Source of the DNA: Chrysomallon squamiferum
Taxonomy: Eukaryota > Animalia > Mollusca
Assembly (NCBI GenBank): GCA_012295275.1
Contig: CM022673.1
Coordinates: 12,028,001-12,092,000, forward strand
Reading direction: 5' to 3'
Length of the DNA stretch: 64,000 bases
Shown piece after piece: positions 1 through 12,050 of this stretch. Below the pieces are notes generated by a model. It was not told the DNA's origin, made no database searches, and saw only the letters and a list, made by a program, of their open reading frames with translations. The stretch's first letter is position 1, and each line of letters opens with the position of its first letter. Made by a program: the position numbers and the translations under genes.

Positions 1-42
<42 letters not shown>

Positions 43-404
43 GTTTTTGTTTCGTTAATTTATGCATACAGATCTTTTTTGGAGCATTTAACAGTTCGCA
101 GTGAATTAAAGCTGTATATACATATTTCTATATATAAACAATATACAAATAAAATCTAAACAAAATAAAAATAACTAATTTTTGAAAGCAGTTAACTTAT
201 AAATACACAGGCCTATATAAATATAAAAATTAATAAAGTAATTGGTATGTAAATAAATCGTTATATTGTTATTAAAGAAACAAATAAAATAAACACAAAC
301 AAAGTGCGAAGTAATAGTTTTAAATTATATGTAAAGCAATAAACAAAGTGATTAATTAACAGATTGTTAATACATTAATAGTAAATGTTTAAAAGTAAAT
401 AAAA

Positions 405-732
405 AAATAAGTAATAAATAAATAAATAAATAAGAAGACTCAAATATAATAATAATAATAATAATAATAATATAATAATAATAGTAATAATAATAATAAC
501 AACAACAACAACAATAATTATAATAATAGCACCAGCAATAATAACATGATCAAGAACAAAAACAAAAACAACAATAACGACAACAAGAATAATAGTAATA
601 ATAACAACAACCACAAGAACGATAACAACTATAACAACAACAAGAAAAATAACAACAACAATAATAACAACAACAACAAGAAAAATAACAATAATAATAA
701 CAACAACAACAACAACGAGAGTAATAATAATA
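405..732. repeat. (AAT)n/(AAC)n compound microsatellite
   Basis: Directly visible; source of spurious poly-N and poly-V/I ORFs. Confidence 0.9.
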
Positions 733-1651
733 CTTTTTGTCATAATTAAGACCTGAACACAGCAAATCATGTTAAGTGGGTGTCTGGACAATGTACTAAG
801 AACGAGATCAAACGGTTAGATCCGCGTTATTTAATTGTACTAATGACAAAATATGCAAATGACATAATTTATGCAAAAGAGCAAGGCATGCAGTGCTTGT
901 TTCAATATACTTTTTTTTTTATGTGCTTTGTTCAAAGACTATAATACAGTAATAACTGTTTTATTACTTCGTTGTTTTTTTAATGACAGTATTAAACACT
1001 TCCACTAATACACCATTGCAATGGATGCTGTGTATAGCTGTGGTAGTGTAAGTAGAAGTTGTAGTTGTAGTAGTAGTAGTAGTAGTAGCAGCAGCAGCAG
1101 TAAAACAAAAAACAAAAATTTCCATTCGAACATACATACATAATTATACACACATTTAAACAGCCATATACAAAACACAAACATATACACACATGCACAT
1201 ATACACACACACAAACACACACACATATATTTACATATACATAAAAACAAACACACACACACACACACACCCACACACATATACATAGGCTCGTATACTG
1301 ATAAACACAGATATAAATAATTTTATTTGTTTACTCTAAGAGTTAGCATTTTTCTTTTCTGCCTGTTTTTGAATAAATTATGATAATGTGTAATATCACA
1401 TGTACAGTGTTTTAAATTTTCTGTACCATTCTTCTGCTGATATTTGAATAAAATGCGCAATAACCTTTTTTTTTTTGTTGTTTATATGAAACATTCACAA
1501 AGAAAATAAAAATAGTATGTCTTGCCAAAACATAAAAATTTTCACCGATGTATCTCTGTTTGTATAATTTCCGATTTCCATAACCTTTCTGAACTGTTCA
1601 GGTGGACAGTTTTCTTTTCTGCGATAATATTTAGTAATAAGAAGCGATACA

Positions 1652-1796
1652 ATGAAGTCATTTGTTGTCGTTTCTGGTTTCGTTTTCTGTAAGTACAGAC
1701 CTTTTTATTTCAAATCTGTTTGTATTATTTTATATGAGCCTACGCATTAGTACTTGTATGGTTGAAAAAATAATTTAAAAAAAAAAAAAAATAATT

Positions 1797-1827
<31 letters not shown>

Positions 1828-1878
1828 TACACTTTGTATACTAAAGGATTTATTTTGTTTTTATATCTTTGTCAAGGA

Positions 1879-1970
<92 letters not shown>

Positions 1971-2288
1971 AAGATAGACAGACAAAGACATAAACAGAGT
2001 TCATTTAAAAAACTTCTTACTGCCAGTGTTTTGAAGATCAGGGTCTGCTGTGGGTAGGTAGCATATAAATGATTTTTATTGCTAACCGAATAGGAGTAGA
2101 CCAAATGAAAAGGGTTTGCTGTCTAATTGCAGTAAGACTATTTTTTTATTTTTTTATAGATATATGGACGCTGGCTGTTGGAAAAGCTGAATATGACTGC
2201 AACATGTGTACCTATGATTGGAACCAAAATAAAAGATGCAGGTGTAAAATAATAAAGATTTAAAATCTGTTTTATGTGACTGATTAGC

Positions 2289-2346
<58 letters not shown>

Positions 2347-2635
2347 GTAATAGTAATAGCAATAATAATATTGGTAAATGGTGGTAAAACTAGCAGTTGT
2401 TATTTTTGTATGATGTAGTGATCGAAATATTAGAAAAGTAATAGTAGCTGTAATAACAGTACCACCAGTCGCTTAAGTAGTCGTAACAGTGAAGTAGCAG
2501 TAGTAGTAATAGAGGTAGTGGTAGAACTAATTATAGTAACAGTATACCAGCATTGTTATGGATGTTTTGTACGTATAAGATGTGGTAGTGGAAGTAGAAG
2601 TATTAGTAGCAGTAATTGTGACAGTACTAGTGGTT

Positions 2636-2672
<37 letters not shown>

Positions 2673-4067
2673 CAGTGGTAGGAGTACGTTTTTCACATTA
2701 CTTTTTCAGCTCAGCGCTTGAGTACATAAACTGTCTTATTAGGACGTACGAGATACTGGGGAAATGCCAAAGCATGAAACTAAAAATGGAAGAAGCTGCA
2801 CATTTTACCAGTTATAACTGTGGTAAACAGATATTTCATTTTACGTGAGCTAAATCAGAGATGATGCCCGAGAAAGCGTTATATACTGTATGTGCATGTA
2901 AAGCAGATTTGTATATCTATTTTAAGAATGTGTCGCCCATAACATACAGGCTAGTAAAAAATAAAAAAATAAACAAAATAAAAAATAAATAAATAATAAT
3001 AATAATAATTTAAGAAGGTATATGCTTTGAGAGTATAGTATACTATAGTATAGTATACTATAGTAAAGTATAGTATAGTACAGTACAGTACAGTATAATA
3101 TAGTGTAATAAATTATAGTGTAGTACAGTGGCATAGCATATTATCATATAGTATAGCATGGCATAGTACATTAGAGTACAGAACAGTTTTAGTATAGTAT
3201 AATACAGTACAATTTAGCAGAGCATAGGATAGCACAGCATAGCATAGCATAGTATAACATAGTATAGTATAGTATAGTATAGTATAGTATAGAATAATAT
3301 AATAGTCTAATACAGTATAGAATAGTTTAGTACAGTATAATATAACATTGCATAGCATATTATAGTATAGTACAGCATAGAATAGCATAGTATATTATAG
3401 TATAGCATAGCATAGCATAGTATAGCATAGCACTGCATAGCATGGCATAGCATATTATAGTATAGTATAGTATAGTAAAGTATAGCATAGCATAGCATAG
3501 CACAGTATAGTATAGTATAGTATAGTATGGTATAGCATAGTATAGTATAGTATAGCATAGTATAGTATATTATAGCATAGCATAGTACAGTACAATTAGT
3601 AAAGTATGCAATAACAGTATTGCAGTATAGTACATTGTAGCATACTATCATATAGTATACCATGGCACAGCAGATCGTAACACAGTTTTTGTATAGCATA
3701 GGTTAGTACAGCATCTTGTAGTATAGTACAGTATAGTATAATATATAATAATATAATATAGTAGAGTATGTTATGGTATGGTATAGTATAGAATAAGATG
3801 TGATTCTGTTCGTTTTGGAAGTAAACTGAGGCATTAATACACATTTTAAGCTATGTCCCATTCTAAGGCCTGCTCAGTGATTGCTTAATGAAATGCCTTG
3901 CGAAGGCACATACAAAACATAGTTCATGTCAAAAAGTATTAATGTGTCATTTAACAAAGAATTATTATGTTTGTTTTTCAGTCTCGGATCCAATAACTGA
4001 CACTTGTGTTTGTGAAATGAATTATTATCAGAGTGACATGGATTGTGAGTAAGTGTTACTGATATAT

Positions 4068-4128
<61 letters not shown>

Positions 4129-6005
4129 GAGAGAGAGAGTATTTTAGAGAAATATTATTAAAAGGTCACAATGTTAAAATGTTTAAATAATTACCAAATA
4201 CTTAAAAGGTCAGTTATCGTAGATACTTAAAAAACATATATTGTAAATTCTCAAATTGTCTAGGTATTATCAAATATTTAAAAATATACAGATCTAAACA
4301 ATGAAAAGATCTACCTTGGTGCCTTGTCTTACGAGTGCCCAACTTACGAGTGTTTCGAGTTACGAGCAATCGCTTGGTCGAGTGTTTGCTTTGAGCTGCG
4401 AGTCAAAATCCGAGTTACGAGCGAGCTTCAGCTACGTCGCCGCTAGTTGCCGTTAATGAATAACGCAACATCCGGCCAGCATCCCGTGTCTCACTCAGTT
4501 ACTTCACGTGGTTACATCGCTGTTGAAGCATCTCGCGTTTTGTGCAGTATTTTGCCAAATTTCTTTTTTCTGATCATGGATCGTCACAAAGTGAGTGCAA
4601 AGGACAGTGCTGAGAAGAAGAAGCGGATGATGTCCATTGAATTAAAGCTTGAAATTACAGAAAAACATGAGTGAGGTGTGCATGTAGTCGACTTGGCTAG
4701 GCAGTACGAGTGTAGTATCTTTACGATATGTACCATACTGAAGCACAAGGAGTCGATAAAGGCAGTAACTCCAGGCAAAGGCATTAGAACAATTTGTCTG
4801 ATCTCCAAGATAAATACGCTTTAAAAAATCAGTTTATTTCTTTACAATCTTTTATTTTTTAATTTTTTTACAATATTTGACATTTGTAAATATATCTTTA
4901 TTTTTTAAAAACACGTTGTAACGTCACCAAAAACAAATGGGGTGGTTTTGGAGGGCTGGAACGGATTAAAGGTATTTCAGTTAATTTCAGTTGGGAGAAT
5001 TGATTTGATACACGAGCTCGTATTTAAACTTGTAAGTCAAGGTGCCACTGTATTTGATAAAAATTCAAAATGTAAGGACTGCAAAATGCTCAAAACGAAG
5101 ATGTTGTTAATTACAAAACACTGAAAATGTAAGTGTGTTAATGTTCTAAATATAAATACTGTAAAATACTCAAAATGCAAATATGCAAATATACTCAGAA
5201 TTCAAGTATGTTAAATAAACAAAATTTTAACTATTGTTAAAGTATACAAAATGTAAATATTGTACATTGCTCAAATATATGAACAGGTTAAATACCAAAA
5301 ATGTAAATAGAATAGATACTTAAAAATGGAAGTATTTTTTCGAAACTCAAAATACAAACATAAAAGAAATGTTAAATTCTCATAATCAAATGTGTTTGCA
5401 GAGCGAAAAAAAAGGCACTGACGTGTCTGTTTCCGAAATTGACCGAATCGTGCAACGTGGAAAAAACCAATACAGATGTCATTAATATTATATTTGGATA
5501 CGCTAAATCTACGCCTGGATGTGGTACGTACCGTACTGTTAACAGCTAGTATTAATAGCTGTTTCTTAATCAAATGAAATGCCTTGTGTGAATCGTTTTC
5601 TTCCTTTTATGCTATATATCTGTGTATGCATATCTGTATGTGTGTGTCTATTCTATGTGGGTGCAAATGTGCATGTATTTAGGAATGGATGTTTCTTGTC
5701 TTGTGTACGTCTGAATTAGACTCTGCACACAGACAATATTCGGGAACGCAGTGGCACAGGAGGACAAAGTCCAATCACGACCTCACAAACCCTGTCAGAT
5801 GCCGCTGACGAGACTCGAACGTATGGCGCCCATTCGCCCGCTGTCCAGAGGCGGACGGCGTTACCGTTCGGTAATCATTACAACCCAATGTGTGTATATG
5901 TATGTATGTGTGTGTTCGTGTGTGCGTGCGTGCGCGTGTGCGTGGGTGTGTGTGTATGTATGTATGTTTATTTGTGTGCATATATGGATAAATGTATCTA
6001 TAGTA

Positions 6006-6036
<31 letters not shown>

Positions 6037-6405
6037 TACTAATGAATCTGTTTATAACAGACAGAGTTATATAAATAATCACATCACCTTCCAGTAACTG
6101 ACACGTGTTTGTGTGAAGTAAATTATTACACAGCTAATGCATTTTTCCTATCCGAAATTTGCAAGTAAGTATTTAGGTTTTTTACACACACACAAAACAT
6201 ACACATACATATACACGCACATAATAGTCATACATATATACATAAATACATACAAACACTACACTACACACACTCACACACACGTATATATACACATACA
6301 AATACATACTACACAAATCACATATACATACATACATACATACAAACACGTATTTACGCACAAACTGATTATTATTATTATTTTTATTATTATTATTATT
6401 ATTAT

Positions 6406-6444
<39 letters not shown>

Positions 6445-6807
6445 GGTAGTGGGTGCAGTAGTAGTAGTGGTAATAGTAGAAGCATAAACGTAATAATGCT
6501 AATAATTGTAATACTAGTAGTGGTAATAGTAGTTTAACTACTAGTAGTAGTAGTAGTAGTAGTAGTAGTAGCAGTAATACTTATATATCATTAATTATTA
6601 TTCATATATCTGTTTATTCATTCATTTCGTGTTGATTGTTTCTGCACGTAGTAATCTGAAGAGAGAAATTCATTGTCTGGCTAAGGCGAAAGGAGAGGGA
6701 TGCAGACCTGGAGGCACGAGATCTCAGGAAGCGACAAGAATAGAGAGACTCATCGAAGAAACCAACTACTGTTTAAAAGGTCAACTGTTATGTATGTATG
6801 TGTGCGT

Positions 6808-6868
<61 letters not shown>

Positions 6869-8376
6869 TGTCTCAGAAAGCGAGAGGCAGAAAGAGAAAT
6901 GGAAAGAATAGAACGAAACGTATGTACATATAATCGAATACACACAGAGATACTGCTTTATTTCGCAGGCATAACACCGACCTGTAAATGCTGTATTGAG
7001 TACGTCAAGATGAGCGCCACCTCACAAGCTCAAAGATGCAAGTACGTTGTCCATCCTGTCTTCACATTACACGTTAGAGTCTAAAAACTAAACAACGGAC
7101 AGTTTTAAATTCGGTCTCGTAGTATGTTTTAAGTAATGGTTCTTTTAGTATATACGAGTATAGTTTTATTACATTCATCATATAAAAATTGTATGGATAT
7201 ATTATGCGAAAATATAATTTTATACACACACATTATGTCAACAATATTCAGTGTACGTGAAAGCATAAGTCTGTGTAAATACAAACGCACACGCACACGC
7301 ACACACACACACATATATATACACATACACATATGCACACAGAGACAAGCACATGTATACATATAGACACAACGACAGAGAAAGAGGGAGTAAAATATGT
7401 ATTCCAAATATTAATAATGTGCGCGCATATGTGTATCTGCGTGTCTGTGTGTCTGTGCGTGCGTTTGGTATACATTTCTTTCTTTATGTATCTTTGTTTC
7501 AGGGCTGCCAATGAAACTATCAAATGTTTATCAGAAGTCAAAAATATTTCTGACAAAGACTGCATCGGCGAGTCATCGCATTATTTAAAAGAATTTATGA
7601 AAAAGGAAGGCAAAGTAGCATGTAGCAGCGGTACGTTTAACAGTTTCTCTATGCAAGTATTAAAAACATAAGTAAGTGTATGTGTTTACATCTGTATATA
7701 TAAATGCACACACACACACACAGACACACACACACATACACACATACATATGTATATATATTATAATGAATGTATTAATGTAGGTATTTATGGATGTATA
7801 TGTGCCTGTGTATGAATGTGTGCGCGCTCTTTAGTATGTATATGTGTGTGTGTATATATATATATATTGTACACAAGTTCTGTTATATATTTGCATGTTT
7901 TATCCATCATCTCATCTCAATGTTTACAAAGAAAGGGGATGGGGGGGATAGTTAATTCTCGTTTAAAACCTCCCTTGATCTTCTATCCTGAATCGAAACA
8001 AATACCTTTAAGTACTTTAGTGGCAAACGTGACCTTTTTATTATTTAAAACAACAGATCGTAACACAATGAGCTGCAGTATCTGTCACTACAAGATAGGT
8101 TTATTCGGTGTGAAAAAAATATATCAGTTAAAACAAAAACAAAAAATGAAAATTTCAATCGTGAATTAAATACTTAATGTATGAAACAGATTATTTTTGC
8201 TTTTATTTTTATTGTTATTATTATTGTGTGTATATATGTGTGTGTGTGTGTGTTGCGTGCGTGTAATTTTATTTTATTTTATTTATTTTGTTTTAGGACT
8301 ACCTAAAGCGACTTGTTTACCCGTGCTGCTCCGAATTTGTGTTTTGTTAGCCATGTTGCTTGATACTGTATTGTAA
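1652..8376 (+). CDS. Uncharacterised secreted, probably GPI-anchored cysteine-rich protein with four tandem modules of 6-7 Cys (299 aa, 10 exons)
   Basis: Exons 1652-1688, 2160-2241, 2710-2822, 3982-4048, 5402-5523, 6095-6164, 6652-6779, 6969-7041, 7503-7630, 8297-8376. All introns are GT-AG, phases alternate 1,2,1,2,1,2,1,2,1, and the total is 900 nt with no internal stop. Protein: MKSFVVVSGFVFYIWTLAVGKAEYDCNMCTYDWNQNKRCSSALEYINCLIRTYEILGKCQSMKLKMEEAAHFTSYNCVSDPITDTCVCEMNYYQSDMDCEAKKKALTCLFPKLTESCNVEKTNTDVINIIFGYAKSTPGCVTDTCLCEVNYYTANAFFLSEICNNLKREIHCLAKAKGEGCRPGGTRSQEATRIERLIEETNYCLKGITPTCKCCIEYVKMSATSQAQRCKAANETIKCLSEVKNISDKDCIGESSHYLKEFMKKEGKVACSSGLPKATCLPVLLRICVLLAMLLDTVL. It has a hydrophobic N-terminus, an invariant C-x8-C-L core in all four modules, and SSG followed by a hydrophobic C-terminal tail. 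Two donors (gtgtaa at 2242, gtcaac at 6780) are weak. Confidence 0.85.
1882..1966. repeat. (GA)n microsatellite
   Basis: Directly visible. Similar (GA/CT)n tracts at 4069-4139, 9401-9471, 15005-15075, 41283-41362, 46423-46463, 48962-49007, 49317-49648 and 60710-60832. Confidence 0.95.
3030..3792. repeat. Pentanucleotide array (ATAGT/ATAGC/ACAGT)n
   Basis: About 760 bp of tagta/tagca/cagta units in intron 3 of the Cys-repeat gene. Confidence 0.92.
4314..5050 (+). mobile_element. Non-autonomous Tigger/pogo (Tc1-mariner) DNA transposon, copy 1
   Basis: Flanked by TA. Imperfect TIRs: left ccttggtgccttgtcttacgag; right end reverse complement cagtggcaccttgacttacaag. Contains an interrupted transposase N-terminus MDRHKVSAKDSAEKKKRMMSIELKLEITEKHE*GVHVVDLARQYECSIFTICTILKHKESIK (CENP-B/TIGD-type HTH), with no DDE domain. 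Lies in intron 4 of the Cys-repeat gene. Confidence 0.85.
5700..5883 (-). mobile_element. tRNA-derived SINE (degenerate)
   Basis: GC-rich island in an intron. The minus strand shows an A-box-like TACCGAACGG (5873-5864), an anticodon-like hairpin gtcc-gcctct-ggac and a B-box GTTCGAGTC (5820-5812), followed by an unrelated body. The acceptor stem does not pair. Boundaries are approximate. Confidence 0.55.
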
Positions 8377-9396
8377 CAGGACAGACTAAAATAATAATTA
8401 TAATAATAATGATAATAATAACAATAATAGTTTTGAAAGATAACTAGAAATTTCATCTTCATTTTAATCGGTAATAATGAAAGGTTTAACGATAAAATAT
8501 GTATGTTTTATTACCAAAAGCTGCTTTTTATATACTGGAACTTTTAAAAATGAATGTAAAAAAAAAACAAATTAAAAATTAAAAATAAAAATAGAATATT
8601 TGAACGATTAATGTAGTTGTTTCTTTTATCCTTTTTTATTTTTGTTTATTTATTTATCTTTTTTTAAATTTATTTATAAATGTTTTAATTAAATGTTCAT
8701 TGTGTAGTTATTTTTTTTTTATTTAGCATGTAAAATGATGAATTGTTTTTTTTATTTTTATTTTTCAAAGACAGCTACTATTCAATAAGGCAACAACAAT
8801 AAATTATAACAATAATTCATTTTATTTTAAATTATATGCACGGAAAATAAATGAATAATTTATATGGTTGAGCTAAATGTCATACATTTTTATAACTGTA
8901 ATTAAAATGTTTTTATTTCGTGTGGGGGAGTGTGGAGGGGTGTGGTTAGTTGTGTATGGGGTGTGTCTGATTAGATGGATGCATAGATGTACGCATAACG
9001 CTGCAATAAACATCATTTTAGTCGCCATCAAAAACAAAGAGAACGGTGACAAAGATTTTTAGTATCTGAAATGAAAATACATTCAGACCGAAGTATAATG
9101 TTGCCTTTTGTTACTGTTATTATTATTATTATTGTTGTTGTTGTTGTTGTTATTATTTTACGCATTCACACGTAAACAATATACACGTACATCCTGTCTT
9201 ATTTACAAATACACGCTTACTGTCTTTCACACTATGTGACACATACAGTCGTATATATGCATTCTGTCTCGTGTATGCACGCACGTCCCCACTCTTTTTT
9301 TTTTTCCCAGTCGTACACACAAAGCCACTCTCTATGTAGACCCATTATATCTAATACTCATACAAATTGTTTAATAATTTTGTATACAAACTTTCT

Positions 9397-9473
<77 letters not shown>

Positions 9474-10073
9474 ACACACACACCTTCTCTCTCTCTTTTT
9501 CAAACACTCAAATACACACAAACGCACAAACACACTTTCTAACATATACATATGCACACATATACTTCTCCTGCTCTCTCCAATAATAATAATAGTAAAT
9601 GAAAATAATATCAAAGATGTCTACATAAGATCGCATTAAAAATAATATTAATATTACAAAAACTAAATCAATAAATCAAAAATGTGAGAAATAAAATAGA
9701 TCATTTTAATAAAATTCGTTGTGAAACAGTTTTAATAAAATAGTGAATGCACTACAACACAATGGAAGGGAGGTAATTAAGGAAAAATAAGGAAAAAGAC
9801 AGAAACAGTTACGAAATGAAGAGGGAACAATTGTTGTTTGTAATACAAATTTTCTTTTATTTCAAGAACGCATATGCATGTTACACACGCTCTCTTTCAC
9901 TATCGTATGCATGTCGAGGAATGTTATTTTATATTTGAATCTTTAAATGTTTCAGTTTATATTTACAGACTATAAAGAAATGTTTAACTTACAGAATTTT
10001 TCTCTTGTTCGAAGTTTAATCCAGAAGACAAACATCCTCCGCTCCCGAACCGCAGCAGTAGGATTGTTGTCTG

Positions 10074-10119
10074 TGACGTCAGTCGATTGTTTTATTTATT
10101 TCTCGGAATGATGACGTCA
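10074..10119. promoter_or_regulatory. Pair of perfect CRE palindromes (TGACGTCA)
   Basis: TGACGTCA at 10074-10081 and 10112-10119, with further copies at 11811-11818 and 12580-12587. Function is not demonstrated. Confidence 0.5.
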
Positions 10120-12050
10120 GAAACAAAGTATATAGATTTACATACGTATATTTAAAATTATATTACTTGATAACTCAGAAATTATAAATGTACTAAAAAT
10201 TTAAATTTATGTTAATATCTGTAAACATGGATATGCAAAGTCATTATAATTGATGAGAGATGAAATATATAATTAATTAGTAATAATGGCTTCTCTCTGT
10301 ATATAATATTTTAAAATTTATAATATATCAATAATAACGTTGTAAATTCCAAACAACAAAATCAGTTTCCTATTTAAAATATCAGCCATGAAAAAGAGGG
10401 CTTTCGAATTAATCAAGTAGTCGACGCCATGTCGTCTGCTAGGGTTTTTAACGACTTAGTCAGAAGTCGGGTGAAAAGTACATCTTCCAGCAAAAGTCGT
10501 CACACACTGTCGGACAGACGTCTAATGGAAAAGTGTCAAAAGGAACAACATCATTCAGCAAAACGTTATCAGAGTGAATCGTCACCTCAGAACTGGCTCA
10601 AACCAAATGTCATCGATGGAAATTTCGCGAGACAAAGTTTGGTAAGATGTCGTCCATTTTCAAATCGCGATAAAAAGTCGTAAGATGTACGGAGAAAGAA
10701 TATCATCGAACGAGAAGTCGTCAGACAGGAATTCGTCGAACATAATGGCGTCAAACGGAAAACCGTCAAGCGAAAAAGACAGATACGTGTTTTGTCAGAT
10801 GCCTTCAACCACAGCCCACCGCGCTCCAACCGAAACACAGTCTGAAAGCCAAGAAGAGTAGATGCACGTACAAAGAGTCAGTACACCAGAATGTGGCTCT
10901 GAGGTTTCATATCAAGAGATAAATTCAGTTAGCTGCATGTCGCTAAAATCAACTGGCCTAATGCAAACTAATCAATAACAAGTTTGTTTTGTGTAAAACA
11001 GCAAAGACATATTCGGTGCATTTACATCCCTAATATGTATAACCCTACATTTATTTAATTCAGTTTAAATACATTTTTATTTCCAGTACGATTTTTCAGC
11101 TACTGAAAGTTTTTCACCATTTCCTGTAAATGATCTGAAAAAAATGAAAAATTACATTTTTGTGATTAATAGTAAATGTTTAACATTTTTTATGTGTAAT
11201 AGTAATTATGGATTATAACGAATATTTAACATCATTGTATACATTAATATTAATGATGAAATGTGTCTTTTTATTCATTATGTTATATACTATGTAAAAG
11301 TAATAAGATTTACTATGTTGTGTTTTCATCTGCATTGCAGCCTGATTTAAGAAGACATTAAAAGACATCTATCACATGATTAATCTTTGATGGTTTACAT
11401 TTTGAAATATTAGAAACTGATGTTTTGTTAATTTGTGTGTGGTGTGCATTGTATTTGCAATCTGAGACATGCTGGTTGATGTTACAATTTTTGTTTTAAT
11501 GGTCTAGTTCCTGTTTTTATAACACAGATAAAATTTTCTTTTCCTTTATTCGATGTAGTCGTGATTCTATTGTATTAGTGACAGTAGCAGTAGTCACCTA
11601 GAACAATTTTTTTCAGCACAGTTTGATCTTTATTTTGGTTTGATCTTTTATTTTTAGTCAAATTGCATCAGCCATTTTAAAAAAAAATCAGTGGATGCTG
11701 ATACTTTTTACTTCATAACTTTGTCAAACATTTTTTGTCAAATGAAAATAAGGAAGAATTCTAAGTTAATTACTGGATACTGGATGTATCTGTCAGTTGT
11801 TATGTAAACATGACGTCACAATAACACTGATAAAAAAATATTGATCAATATATTTTTATTTTCCTTTATTAATTCTAAAAAAATAAAAATAATATATTAA
11901 AATTAAAAAACGTCATTCGAAACTAAATAACATTTTAGATGTAAAATGAAACTATTTCAACTAATTCACATTTTCAAAAGTACATTTCGGCAAGAATTAA
12001 AAATTATATGTTTATCCACGTTAACGCATATAACACATTTAATTATTATT

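Noticed and set aside
375-1286. ORFs rich in V/I/N/C/Y at the window start, and similar ER/SL/CV/YYY ORFs throughout
   Set aside because: They are translations of (AAT)n, (AAC)n, (CA)n, (GA)n and (ATAGT)n microsatellites, with no splice or motif support.
4045-4054. Overlapping donors gtgagtaagt giving an alternative isoform of the Cys-repeat gene
   Set aside because: The upstream GT removes 4 nt, including part of a conserved Cys codon, and breaks the phase pattern; only the 4049 donor fits.
4447-4808. Active transposase or domesticated TIGD gene
   Set aside because: In-frame stop after KHE, truncated before the DDE domain, and enclosed by TIRs: a non-autonomous element.
5800-5883. Functional tRNA gene on the minus strand
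   Set aside because: A- and B-box-like motifs are present, but the acceptor and T stems do not pair; treated as a SINE head.
5751-6074. 107-aa ORF, or a possible extra exon of the Cys-repeat gene
   Set aside because: It is the antisense of a tRNA-like SINE running into (TG)n and lacks the Cys pattern; the flanking exons join in frame without it.
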